DNA of 64,000 nucleotides from an uncultured Gaiellaceae bacterium (lineage in GTDB: Bacteria; Actinomycetota; Thermoleophilia; Gaiellales; Gaiellaceae): contig CAVWES010000028.1 of the NCBI GenBank assembly GCA_963754175.1, positions 18,701-82,700 of the forward strand, in the 5' to 3' direction. The notes under the pieces were generated by a model, which did not search any database, was not told the DNA's origin, and worked only from the letters and a program-made list of their open reading frames with translations. The position numbers and the translations under genes were made by a program. Positions 51,544 to 61,209 of the stretch are shown one piece after another (within the stretch, counting starts at the first letter, position 1; each line of letters begins with the position of its first letter).

Positions 51544-52005
51544 TTACGGGACCCACATCTCGCCGAGGTAGACCGCCGGATCGCCTGGCTGCCAACGCTG
51601 CAGGAAGCGGTTGATCGGCGGGTGGAGCGCCAGGGTGTCGAGCTCGCGCATGAGGAAGGCGCGATGTCCGCGCACGGCGTCGTCCTGCGATGCGACGTCC
51701 TCGAGCGAGCCCGTCACGTCGGCCGCGAAGATCACGTGCACGACGTGCTTGCGGTACGGGGACGCGTCGGGCGCGATCGAATCGACGATCGCAACGGGCC
51801 CCTCGAGCGGCACCTCGGCACCGTCGTCGAAGAGCCCGGTCTCCTCCGACAGCTCTCGCTGGAGCGCCCGCACGAGGCTCTCGCCGACCTGAACGCCGCC
51901 CCCCGGCAGGAGCCACACCTCGCCCTCGGCCTTCTCGTGCCGGAGAAGCAGGATGCGGCCCTGCCAGCGCAGGATGGCCGAGACGCGAATCCGAGGCTCG
52001 GGCAT
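51544..52005 (-). CDS. NUDIX hydrolase
   Basis: Tail of ORF 51544..53088: MPEPRIRVSAILRWQGRILLLRHEKAEGEVWLLPGGGVQVGESLVRALQRELSEETGL... Confidence 0.85.
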   Translation of the reverse strand: MPEPRIRVSAILRWQGRILLLRHEKAEGEVWLLPGGGVQVGESLVRALQRELSEETGLFDDGAEVPLEGPVAIVDSIAPDASPYRKHVVHVIFAADVTGSLEDVASQDDAVRGHRAFLMRELDTLALHPPINRFLQRWQPGDPAVYLGEMWVP

Positions 52006-52010
52006 CGACG

Positions 52011-52446
52011 TCAGCTCGACGACGATCCGAATCCGCGAGCGCCGCGCTCGCTGACCGGCGAGCTCCTCGACCTCGACCATCCGAACGGCAGCGACCGGGG
52101 CAACGACGAGCTGGGCGATGCGCATCCCGGGATCCACGACGAACGCCTCGTCGCGGTCAGTGTTGATGAGCACGATCTTGATCTCGCCGCGGTAGCCAGA
52201 GTCGATGAGCCCGGGAGAGTTCACGACGCCGACGCCGTGGCGTGCGGCGAGCCCCGATCGCGGTTGTACGAACCCCGCGTATCCGTCGGGGATCTCGACG
52301 GCGATCCCGGTCGCCACCACCGCACGCTCGCCCGGCTCGAGGACGACGTGCTCGCAGGCCGCGAGATCGAATCCGGCGTCGCCCTCGTAGGCCTGGTGCG
52401 GCAGGTGTGCGTCCTCGCGGAGACGCCGGACGGCGACATCGATCAC
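52011..52446 (-). CDS. dut: dUTP diphosphatase (1 frame switch near the 3' end)
   Basis: VIDVAVRRLREDAHLPHQAYEGDAGFDLAACEHVVLEPGERAVVATGIAVEIPDGYAGFVQPRSGLAARHGVGVVNSPGLIDSGYRGEIKIVLIN... The expected tail SERGARGFGSSSS ends at 52011-52013 in another frame. Confidence 0.9.
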
Positions 52447-53764
52447 CGTGCCGAGGCCTCGTCCAGATCGTGCTCCTCCGCGACGAGGTAGCGCGCGAAT
52501 CGTGCCGCCTCCGCAGCGGGGCAGTCGCGCCCGCACGCGTACGCCCTCGGGCGTATCGCGGCGCTCTGCGATCGGTGCTCCGAGGTCGTACAGCGCCGCG
52601 AGTGTGCGGCCGTCGGAGTACGGGACGAGAAGCCGAACGTCCTCGAAGCGATCCGAGAAGAGCTCTGCGATCCGCGTCTTCAACGCCTCGAGGCCCTCGC
52701 CGCTCGCCGCCGAGATGAGCTGCGCTCGGGGATATGCGTGCTCGATGCGTCGCCGCGCGAGCGGATCGAGGCGGTCGGCCTTGTTGAGGACGAGCTCCAC
52801 CGGGATGTCGTCCGCGCCGATCGTGGCGAGCACGCCGGTGACTGCGGCGATCGTCTCGGCGAGCCGCTCCTCGGGCAGCGACGCGTCTGCGACGTGGAGG
52901 ACGAGATCCGCGACCAACGTCTCCTCGAGCGTCGCCGCGAAGCCCTCGACGAGCTCGGTCGGCAGTCGCCGAATGAAGCCGACGGTGTCGGTCACGAGGT
53001 AGCGCTTGCCGTCGTGCTCGAACGCGCGGGTCGTCGGGTCGAGCGTCTCGAAGAGCCGGTCGTCCACGGATGCGTGCGCGCCGGTCAACGCGTTCAGGAG
53101 CGTCGACTTGCCGACGTTCGTGTAGCCGGCGAGCGCGATGGTCGGAGCGCTCGCTCCGGACTCGCTCCTTCCGTCGCGTCGACCGCTGGCCCTCGAGCGC
53201 CTGCAGTCGCCGCTTCAGGAGCGACACACGCGTGCGTGCCAGCCGACGGTCGGTCTCGAGCTGGCTCTCGCCGGGCCCTCGCGTCCCGACGCCGCCACCG
53301 AGCCGCTCGAGGTGCTTCCACATGCCACGCATGCGCGGGAGGTTGTACTCGAGCTGCGCGAGCTCGACCTGGAGCTTCCCCTCGGCGCTCCGCGCGTGCT
53401 GCGCGAAGATGTCGAGGATCAGCTGCGTGCGGTCGACCACGCGTGCTCCCAGCGCATCCTCGAGCGCGCGCTGTTGCGTCGGGCTGAGCTCGTCGTCGGC
53501 CAGCAGCACCTCCGCCGCCTCGTCGGAGTAGGCCTGCTTCAGCTCCGCGAGCTTCCCCTTCCCGACGAAGCTTCGCGGATCGGGGTGCGCCCGATGCTGC
53601 ACCAGCTCCGCAACCGGGCTCACGCCCGCGGTGTGTGCCAGCTCGCGAAGCTCGCCGAGCTCGAGCTCGCCATCCGACCCTTTCGGGTAGACGCCGACGA
53701 GGAGCCCGCGCTCCGGCGCCGCCCCTGGTGCGGGATCGGGCTGGCGCGCAGTCACTGCGAGATT
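52443..53764 (-). CDS. hflX: GTPase HflX (2 frame switches)
   Basis: N-terminal half in ORF 52157..54988: ...VGKGKLAELKQ...DELSPTQQRALEDALGARVVDRTQLILDIFAQHARSAEGKLQVELAQLEYNLPR. G-domain in ORF 51544..53088: ...DTVGFIRRLPTELVEGFAATLEE...LVLNKAD. The stop overlaps the dut GTG. Confidence 0.85.
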
Positions 53765-53773
53765 ATGCCGCGG

Positions 53774-54871
53774 TACGCTGGCGCCGTGACCGGGCTCGCC
53801 GACCGCCTCGCCGCCCGGACGCTCGAGCTCGTGGACATCCCGTCCGAGAGCGGCAGCGAGAAGGCGATCCGCGAGCACCTGCTGACCCTCGTGCCGGCGA
53901 GCTGGGAGGCCGAGTACGAGGGCGACGAGGCGTTTCTCTTCGTCGGGCCGCGACGTCCCGACGCCCCGCTCGTCGTCCTCGCCGCCCACTACGACACCGT
54001 GCCTGCGCAGGGCAACCTTCCGGGGCGCATCGAGGACGGCGCGGTGCACGGGCTCGGGGCGAGCGACATGAAGGGCGGCCTCGCCGTCGCGATCGAGCTC
54101 ACACGCGACCTCGAGCCGGGGTCGCCGACGTGCGACCTGGCGCTGCTCCTCTTCGGGCGCGAGGAGCTCCCGGCCGAGCACAACCCCCTCCCCGCGCTCT
54201 TCGCCGGGTCGCGTGCCGTGCACGAGACGACGCTGGCGATCGTCCTCGAGCCGACCGATCTCGAGATTCACGCAGGCTGTCTCGGGAACGTCGTCGCGCG
54301 CCTGACGTTCCACGGGACGAGCGGGCACGCCGCACGGCCGTGGCTCGCGGACAGTGCGCTCGAACACGCCGTGCGCGGGCTCGCGCCGCTCTTCGACCGC
54401 GCGCCTCGAGTGGCGGTCGTCGAGGGACTGGAGTTCCGCGAGGTCGTGTCCGTCACACGTCTCGAAGCGGGGATCGCCGACAACGTCATCCCGGGCGAGG
54501 CCACGGCGACGCTCAACCTCCGCTACCCGCCCGACCGCGAGCCGCTCGAGGCCGAGGAGTTCCTCGCCGAGCTCGTCCCCGAAGGGGCAAGCCTCGACAT
54601 CGTCAGCAACGCGCCACCTGCGCGCGTCGTCGCCGACACGCCGGCCGTACGAGCGCTTCGGGCGGCAGGCGGGCTCGAGCTCGAGCCCAAGCAGGCCTGG
54701 ACGAACGTCGCGGACTTCACGACGCGCGGGCTCGACGCGGTCAACTTCGGCCCGGGACACACGACGTACGCGCACCATCCCGCGGAGCGCGTCGCCGTCG
54801 ACTCGCTCGTCACCGCGTACGAGGTGCTCCACCGCTTCGTCACGAGCCCGATGGGAGAAGATGCGGCGTGA
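53774..54871 (+). CDS. dapE: Succinyl-diaminopimelate desuccinylase (M20 family)
   Basis: Intact frame within ORF 53138..54871: ...LVDIPSESGSEKAIREHL...VVLAAHYDTVPA...GLGASDMKGGLA...FGREE...GTSGHAARPW... Confidence 0.85.
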   Translation, partial: YAGAVTGLADRLAARTLELVDIPSESGSEKAIREHLLTLVPASWEAEYEGDEAFLFVGPRRPDAPLVVLAAHYDTVPAQGNLPGRIEDGAVHGLGASDMKGGLAVAIELTRDLEPGSPTCDLALLLFGREELPAEHNPLPALFAGSRAVHETTLAIVLEPTDLEIHAGCLGNVVARLTFHGTSGHAARPWLADSALEHAVRGLAPLFDRAPRVAVVEGLEFREVVSVTRLEAGIADNVIPGEATATLNLRYPPDREPLEAEEFLAELVPEGASLDIVSNAPPARVVADTPAVRALRAAGGLELEPKQAWTNVADFTTRGLDAVNFGPGHTTYAHHPAERVAVDSLVTAYEVLHRFVTSPMGEDAA

Positions 54872-55674
54872 TGGACCTCGCGGAGCGCATCGACGGACTC
54901 TGGGAAGCGGGCGAGCTCGACCCGGAGCCCGTCGAAGAGGCGATCGCACGTCTCGACGCCGGCGAGGTGCGTGTCGTCGAGCGCGCACAGGAGGGCGGCG
55001 ATTGGGTCGTCAACGAGTGGGTGAAGAAGGCGATCCTCCTCTACTTCCGCCTGCGGAAGGTCGAGCCGATGGAGATCGGCGGTCTCCACTTCCTCGACAA
55101 GATCCCGGTGAAGGCCGACTACGCCGATCGCGGTGTTCGCGTCGTGCCGCCCGGCATCGCCCGGTACGGCTCGTTCCTCTCGGAGGGCGTCGTTCTCATG
55201 CCCGGCTTCGTCAACATCGGCGCCTGGGTCGGGCCGCGGACGATGGTGGACACGTGGGCGACGGTTGGCTCGTGTGCCCACGTCGGCGCCGACGTCCACC
55301 TGTCGGGCGGCGTCGGCATCGGTGGAGTGCTCGAGCCCCCGCAGGCACGCCCGGTGGTCATCGAGGACGGTGCGTTCATCGGATCGCGTGCGGTCGTGGT
55401 CGAAGGGGTGGTCGTCGGGGAGGGTGCGGTGATCGCACCGAACGTCGTTCTGTCGGCGTCGATCCCCGTCATCGACGTCACGGGCCCCGAGCCCGTCGAG
55501 CACCGCGGCTACGTTCCACCGCGCTCCGTCGTCCTGCCCGGCACGCGGCCGAAGGAGTATCCGGCCGGGACCTACGATCTCCCGTGCGCGCTCATCGTCG
55601 GATCGCGAAGCGAGTCGACGGACCTCAAGACGTCGCTGAACGACGTCCTGCGCGAGTTCGAGATCGCGACATGA
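54871..55674 (+). CDS. dapD: 2,3,4,5-tetrahydropyridine-2,6-dicarboxylate N-succinyltransferase
   Basis: MDLAERIDGLWEAGELDPEP...VVNEWVKKAILLYFRL...VRVVPPGIARYGSFLSEGVVLMPGFVNIGAWVG..., with hexapeptide repeats. The ATG overlaps the dapE stop. Confidence 0.9.
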   Translation: MDLAERIDGLWEAGELDPEPVEEAIARLDAGEVRVVERAQEGGDWVVNEWVKKAILLYFRLRKVEPMEIGGLHFLDKIPVKADYADRGVRVVPPGIARYGSFLSEGVVLMPGFVNIGAWVGPRTMVDTWATVGSCAHVGADVHLSGGVGIGGVLEPPQARPVVIEDGAFIGSRAVVVEGVVVGEGAVIAPNVVLSASIPVIDVTGPEPVEHRGYVPPRSVVLPGTRPKEYPAGTYDLPCALIVGSRSESTDLKTSLNDVLREFEIAT

Positions 55675-56016
55675 GAGACCTCGTCGAGGTCGCGCTCTTC
55701 ACGGACGACGTCGACGCGGCGAGGGCGTTCTACAGCGAGCTCGTCGCGGCGGCGCCGGTCGCCGACTGGCCGGGAGGCGCGATCTTCGCGACCGGAATCG
55801 CGAAGATCCTCGTGCACGAGCGCGCGGCTGCGATGGACGGACGGCCCACCGAACGAGGACCACTTCGCGCTCTCGGTCGACGATCTGGACGAGACGTGCT
55901 CAGCGCTCATCGCGAGGGGACATGCCTTCCTCCTCGAGCCGCGCGACTATCCGTGGGGCCGGTCTGCGTATCTCCGCGATCCGGACGGTCGGCTCGTCGA
56001 GCTCGCGCAGGCGTAG
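55671..56016 (+). CDS. VOC (glyoxalase/bleomycin-resistance) family protein (1 frame switch near 55850)
   Basis: MRDLVEVALFTDDVDAARAFYSELV..., then ...NEDHFALSVDDLDETCSALIARGHAFLLEPRDYPWGRSAYLRDPDGRLVELAQA in another frame. Confidence 0.7.
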
Positions 56017-56017
56017 G

Positions 56018-56716
56018 TCAGGAGATGCGCTCGGCGGTGCCGTAGAGCGTCGCACGCCCGTCCTCGAGGCGGACGCGGAGATCTCCGCCCGGGAAGTGGA
56101 CGAGCACGTCGCCCTCCCCATGCGTGGCCGCGGCGACCGCAACCGCGCTCGTCCCCGAGGAGAGCGTCTCCCCCACGCCGCGCTCCCAGACTCGCGCGGT
56201 GACCTCTCCCGGTGCCTCGACGCGCGCGACCTGCACGTTCGTCCGATCGGGGAAGCGGGCGTGCGTCTCGAGCAGCGGCCCGAGATCCGCGATGCGTGAC
56301 GGGTCGCCGAGCACGACCGCATGCGGGTTGCCGACCGAGACCGGCACGAACGAGACGCCGTCGACCGTCTCTTCCGGACCGACCGTGACGCCGCCGAGAT
56401 CCTGCTCCAGGAGCCCGTCCTCGAGGAGGCGCGTGTGCACGACCCGGTCACCGACGACGACGTCGATCTCGGCGTCTCCCGTCTCGGCGGCGAGCCATGC
56501 CGCAGCGATTCGCGTTCCGTTCCCCGAGAGCTCCGCGCGTGATCCGTCGGGATTCCAGATCGCGATCTCGACGCGGCCGGGCGCCGTCGCGAGCACCTCG
56601 AGAACGCCGTCCGCTCCTCCTGCGAGCGTCGACGCGCGCTCCGCGTCGAGTGCTCCGCCGTCGGTCTCGACGACGACGTAGGTGTTACCGAGCGCGCGCC
56701 ACGTCGAGGATCGCAT
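56018..56716 (-). CDS. dapF: Diaminopimelate epimerase homologue with Ser at both catalytic Cys positions
   Basis: Intact ORF: ...RALGNTYVVVE...IWNPDGSRAELSGNGTRIAAAW...VSVGNPHAVV...ETHARFPDRTNVQV...WERGVGETLSSGTSAVAVAA. Colinear with DapF throughout. Confidence 0.8.
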   Translation of the reverse strand: MRSSTWRALGNTYVVVETDGGALDAERASTLAGGADGVLEVLATAPGRVEIAIWNPDGSRAELSGNGTRIAAAWLAAETGDAEIDVVVGDRVVHTRLLEDGLLEQDLGGVTVGPEETVDGVSFVPVSVGNPHAVVLGDPSRIADLGPLLETHARFPDRTNVQVARVEAPGEVTARVWERGVGETLSSGTSAVAVAAATHGEGDVLVHFPGGDLRVRLEDGRATLYGTAERIS

Positions 56717-57577
56717 CCACCACCTCTGCCGTCGCCCGGTCGGCGTCGATCACGACGAGCCCGGGGATGCGCCGCATCCATTTGCGCTGATACGCCGCGT
56801 AGCGACGTGTCCTCACGGCGATGCGCTCCTCGCGCCTTCCCGACCGGGAGGGTCGCGAGCTCGTGCGAGACCCAGCGCCTTCCCCGCCGTCGCCGAGACG
56901 GGAGACCGCACGACCGCACGGACTTCGTCCGCGACTCCATGCTCCACCATCGCCGCGGTGCGGGCGGCGATCCGGCGTTCGAGCTCCTCCGGCGGAACGT
57001 CGAGCCCGACGACGAGCGTCGGCCTGCGCAGGTGCGTCGACCAGAGCCTGTCCTCCGAGGGGACGAGCGAGGCGCCGCCCTCGGCGAGCTCGAGCGCGCG
57101 GACGACGCGCCGGCGGTCGTTGCGATGGACTGCCTCGCTCGCCGCCGGGTCGAGCTCGCGAAGCCGCGTCGTACGCCGCGTCCGGATCCGCGTCGTAGAG
57201 GCGTTCGAGACGGGTGCGAGTCGCGGACGGAGCTGCCGGCGGGATGTCCAGGTCGACGAGCGCCGCGCGGAGGTACAGACCCGTCCCGCCTGCGACGACG
57301 GCGCACCCCGTTGGTCGCCACGAGGTCGTCGATCTCGGCGTGGGCGAGCGTTGCGTACTCGCCGACGGACATCGTCTCGGAGACGTCGCGGATGGCGACG
57401 AGACGCGTCGCTCCGGGCGGGCTGGTTCGTCAGGATCGGCAGGCCGCGATAGACCTGGAGCGCGTCGGCGGAGACGACCTCGGTGCCGATGCGGTCGGCG
57501 AGAGCCTGCGCGACCTCGGACTTGCCGGAAGCCGTCGGGCCGAAGATCGCGACGACCTCGTAGCGCAATTTGGTCAT
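56685..57577 (-). CDS. miaA: tRNA dimethylallyltransferase (at least 4 frame switches)
   Basis: MTKLRYEVVAIFGPTASGKSEVAQALADRIGTEVVSADALQVYRGLPILTNQP...; ...VVAGGTGLYLRAAL...; ...RRVVRALEL...; tail ...RTRRYAAYQRKWMRRIPGLVVIDA... ending at TAA 56685-56687. Confidence 0.85.
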
Positions 57578-57582
57578 GCCCC

Positions 57583-57664
57583 GTGGGGCACCCCGGCCCA
57601 CCACCCGCTGCGATCGTAACGAGGAAAGACGTACGTGTGTGCCACGAATCGTGCCGAGAGTGTG
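57583..57664. repeat. Copy B of the approximately 83-nt conserved intergenic sequence (paired with 51450..51532)
   Basis: It fills almost the whole 99-nt spacer between the miaB stop (57677) and the miaA start (57577). Same perfect blocks as copy A. Confidence 0.6.
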
Positions 57665-57676
57665 CATTTCGCCCCC

Positions 57677-59001
57677 TCAGGCGGCGACGAGCGACGCCTC
57701 GCGCCCACGCAACGTCGTGGAGGTCGCGCCGTCGATGATCACGTCGACGAGCTCTCCGGCGGCAGCCGAGCCGGAGAAGTTCACCGTCGTGTTCCGCCGC
57801 GTGCGCCCTCGGCTCAGCGTCGGATCGGTTCGGCTCGATCCCTCGACGAGCACCTCCTCGACGCGCCCGACGCGCGCGGCATTCCGCTCGCGCGGCGACG
57901 TCGCTGCACCACGTCGACCAGCGCCTCGAGCCGTTCGTGCTTCACGTCGTCCGGCACCTGATCGGGAAGGGTCGCCGCTTCGGTTCCCGATCGGGGCGAG
58001 AAGATGAACGTGAACGCGCTGTCGAAGCTCACCTCGCGCACCAGCGACACGGTCTCCTCGAAGTCGTCGTCCGTCTCTCCCGGGAACCCGACGATGAGGT
58101 CGGTTCCCAGTGCGAGGTCGGGGATCGCCGAGCGGAGTCGGTCGACGAGGCCCAGGTAGCGGCTGCGGTCGTACGTGCGCCGCATTGCCTTGAGGATCCG
58201 CGACGAGCCCGACTGCGCCGGCAGGTGCGCGTGCTCGCAGACGCTCGCACACTCGGCCATCGCCGAGATGACCGGATCGCGGAAGTCCTTCGGGTGCGGG
58301 CTCGTGAACCGGATGCGCTCGATGCCCGGGACCTCGTCACACGCGCGGAGAAGCTCGCCGAAGTCCGTGCGGATCGCAGGCGCGAGGTCGCGCCCCCACG
58401 AGTTCACGTTCTGCCCGAGGAGGGTGATCTCACGGACGCCGTCGCGTGCCAGCCGCGTCACCTCGGCGACGATCTCACCGGGACGCCGGCTCTGCTCGCG
58501 GCCGCGAACCGCGGGAACGATGCAGTACGCGCACGCCGAGTTGCAGCCCATCGAGACCTGCACCCACGCCTGGAAGCGGCGCTCGCTGCGAAGCGGGAGG
58601 TCGGCCGCGAAATGCTCGTGCGTGCCGAACCGGCCGCGTGGAACGGCGTACCCGCCCGCGGCGATCCACTCGCCGAGGTGCGGGATCGAGCCCGGGCCGA
58701 AGGCGACGTCGACGAACGGATACTGCTCGAAGATCCGCTCCCGCTGGGCCTCTGCGTAGCACCCGCCGACGGCGACCACGACGTCCGGCCGCTCGCGCTT
58801 CAGCGCACCCGCGTTGCCGAGGTACGCGGCGAGACGCGTGTCCGGCTTCTCGCTGACCGTGCACGTGTTGAAGACGAGGACGTCGGCGTCGTCCGGGGCG
58901 ACCGCCTCACCGAGCCCGAGCGACTCGAGCATGCCCTTGATGCGCTCGGAGTCGTGCGCGTTCATCTGGCACCCGAACGTCGTGACGTGGTACCGCCTCA
59001 T
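57677..59001 (-). CDS. miaB: tRNA-2-methylthio-N6-dimethylallyladenosine synthase (radical SAM; 1 frame switch near 57900)
   Basis: MRRYHVTTFGCQMNAHDSERIKGMLES...VSMGCNSACAYCIVPAVRGREQSR...; the TRAM-domain tail is in ORF 57677..58252 (...VGRVEEVLVEGSS...ELVDVIIDGATSTTLRG). Confidence 0.9.
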
Positions 59002-59021
59002 CGCCGGGAGGGTATCCCGTT

Positions 59022-59381
59022 CTAGGACGGCGCCCAGCGAGGCAGTGACAGCGCGCCGCGCTCCGAGGCCCACACGTCGCGGTGCTCGACGACCCGCCCG
59101 TCCTCGTCGAAGCGGAGCAGCGAGACGCCCGCGAGCGTCTCGTCGTCACCCGAGGTGCTCGTGATGACCGCCCAGTACTCGACCGCGGCCCGGTCACCGT
59201 CGACGACCGGCTCGCCGTACCGGAACTCGACGTCGGCCTGCTCGGCGAATGCCCACGCGGCGTACTCACCCGGAGGTTGAGGCTCTCGGAGAGGGTGCGA
59301 GACGAAGATCGCGTCGTCCGCGTACAGGGCCGCGACGGCATCGACGTCACGCGCCGGCCAGGCGCGCGACCAGCCGTCCAC
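59022..59381 (-). CDS. SnoaL/NTF2-like fold protein (119 aa)
   Basis: ORF: VDGWSRAWPARDVDAVAALYADDAIFVSHPLREPQ...AVEYWAVITSTSGDDETLAGVSLLRFDEDGRVVEHRDVW. Confidence 0.65.
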   Translation of the reverse strand: MDGWSRAWPARDVDAVAALYADDAIFVSHPLREPQPPGEYAAWAFAEQADVEFRYGEPVVDGDRAAVEYWAVITSTSGDDETLAGVSLLRFDEDGRVVEHRDVWASERGALSLPRWAPS

Positions 59382-59408
59382 CCAGCGCCCGAGCGGCTGT
59401 CCGACCGT

Positions 59409-60941
59409 CTACTTCGCCACCTCGATCGCGCGACTCTCGCGGATGACGATCACCTTCACCTGGCCAGGGTACTCGAGCTGGTCCTCGATCTCCCGCGCGA
59501 TCTCGTGCGACAGGAGCACGGCGCCGTCGTCGTCCACCTCCGTCGGCTCGACGATGACGCGGATCTCGCGTCCTGCCTGCAGCGCGTACGCCTTCGCGAC
59601 GCCGCTCTTCGCGGTCGCGATCTCCTCGAGCGCCTCGAGCCGCCGGATGTAGTTCTCCAGGCTCTCGCCTCTCGCGCCCGGCCGCGACGCGGAGATCGCG
59701 TCCGCCGTGATGAGCAGCACCGCCTCGACGGTCTGCGGCTGCACGTCGGAGTGGTGCGCCTCGATCGCGTGGACGACTCCTTCCGACTCGCCGCAGCGCC
59801 GCGCGAGCTGCGCGGAGATCAGCGCGTGCGAGCCGTCGACCTCGTGGCTGACGGCCTTGCCGATGTCGTGGAGGAGCGCTGCGCGCTTCGTCGTCTTGAC
59901 GCCGGCCTTGAGCTCGGCCGCCATGATGCCCCCGAGGTGGACGACCTCGAGGGTGTGCTTGAGGACGTTCTGCCCGTAGCTCGTGCGATACCGAAGGCGT
60001 CCGAGCATGCGCACGAGCTCTTCGTGGAACTCCCCGCAGTTCGCCTCGAAGACGGCCTGCTCGCCGGCCTGCAGGACGTGCTCCTCGAGCTCCGCCTTCG
60101 CCTGGTAGTACATCTCCTCGATTCGAGCCGGATGGATGCGGCCGTCCTCGATGAGCTTGTCGAGCGTCATCCGCGCGACCTCGCGCCGCAGAGGGTCGAA
60201 CGAGGAGAGCACGACCGCATGCGGCGTGTCGTCGATGATGAAGTCGACGCCGGTCAGGTGCTCGAGCGCCCGGATGTTGCGGCCCTCCCGGCCGATGATC
60301 CGCCCCTTGAGGTCGTCGGACGCGAGCTCGACGACCGTCACCGTCGCCTCGGCCGTGTGGCTCGCGGCGACGCGCTGGAGCGAGTCGGCGATGAGCGCAC
60401 GGGCCCGGCGGCGCGCGTCCGAGCGAGCCTCCTCCTCCATCTGCCTCACCTCTCGCGCGAGCTCGTGGCGCACGAGGTCCTTCGAGCGGTCGAGCAGCTG
60501 CTGCCGCGCCTCGTGGACGGTCAGCCCGGAGATCTTCTCGAGCGCCGCGAGTGCGTCCCTCTGCGCGTCCCGGAGCTCCTCCTGGAGCGCCTTGACGTGG
60601 ACCTCGCGATCCCCGAGGCCCTGCTCCCGCCGCTCGAGCTCCGTGAGCCGGGCGTCGACGTCGAGCTCCTTCTGCAGGACGCGCTCCTCGACCTTCGCGA
60701 TCTGGACGCGGCGGTCCTGCACCTCGCTCTCGATCTCGCTGCGCAACGCGACCGCCTGCTCGCGCGCGTCGACCTGCGCCTCGCGCCGAACAGCCTCGGC
60801 CTCGCGCTGCGCGTCGGCGAGCACCCGCTCGCGCTCGTCCTGTGCGGTGCGCACCCGCGAGCGCGACCAGGCGATGAGGACGACGGACGCCGCGACCGCC
60901 CCGATGAGGATTCCGATGAGCGCTGCGCCGGCCGAGAGCAT
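59409..60941 (-). CDS. rny: Ribonuclease Y
   Basis: Intact 510-aa ORF with an N-terminal TM segment, a coiled coil, a KH domain (...LKGRIIGREGRNIRALE...) and an HD domain (...HTLEVVHLGGIMAAEL...LLHDIGKA...). Confidence 0.95.
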   Translation of the reverse strand: MLSAGAALIGILIGAVAASVVLIAWSRSRVRTAQDERERVLADAQREAEAVRREAQVDAREQAVALRSEIESEVQDRRVQIAKVEERVLQKELDVDARLTELERREQGLGDREVHVKALQEELRDAQRDALAALEKISGLTVHEARQQLLDRSKDLVRHELAREVRQMEEEARSDARRRARALIADSLQRVAASHTAEATVTVVELASDDLKGRIIGREGRNIRALEHLTGVDFIIDDTPHAVVLSSFDPLRREVARMTLDKLIEDGRIHPARIEEMYYQAKAELEEHVLQAGEQAVFEANCGEFHEELVRMLGRLRYRTSYGQNVLKHTLEVVHLGGIMAAELKAGVKTTKRAALLHDIGKAVSHEVDGSHALISAQLARRCGESEGVVHAIEAHHSDVQPQTVEAVLLITADAISASRPGARGESLENYIRRLEALEEIATAKSGVAKAYALQAGREIRVIVEPTEVDDDGAVLLSHEIAREIEDQLEYPGQVKVIVIRESRAIEVAK

Positions 60942-61209
60942 GAGGCCTCCGTTGGAGGATTCCGTTGGCCGCGGACACGTCCGCGGGTGCTCTCACCCGG
61001 CGTCGACCTGCACGGTCGCGACCGGACTCTGCCCGGACGTCTACGTCAGGTGGTGGCGCATCCTCCGGGGTCGGGCGCACTGCTCGTCCACGTACTGCTC
61101 GTGGACGCCGCTGACGCAGAGCGACCGACTGGGCTTGCTCATCGAGGGACGAAGAATCATGGGTTCAGAAAGCGCGTGCGTGCAGGAAAAACATCGAGTG
61201 AAAGCTCAG

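Noticed and set aside
52157-54988. A 943-aa minus-strand ORF.
   Set aside because: Only the segment encoding the HflX N-terminal half (about 53160..53764) is genuine. The upstream part is antisense to dapE, and the downstream part is out of frame with respect to hflX and dut.
60942-61156. A 33-codon ORF (MSKPSRSLCVSGVHEQYVDEQCARPRRMRHHLT) on the minus strand in the rny leader.
   Set aside because: It has no Shine-Dalgarno sequence, poor codon bias, and overlaps palindromic leader structure. It is more likely untranslated leader RNA.
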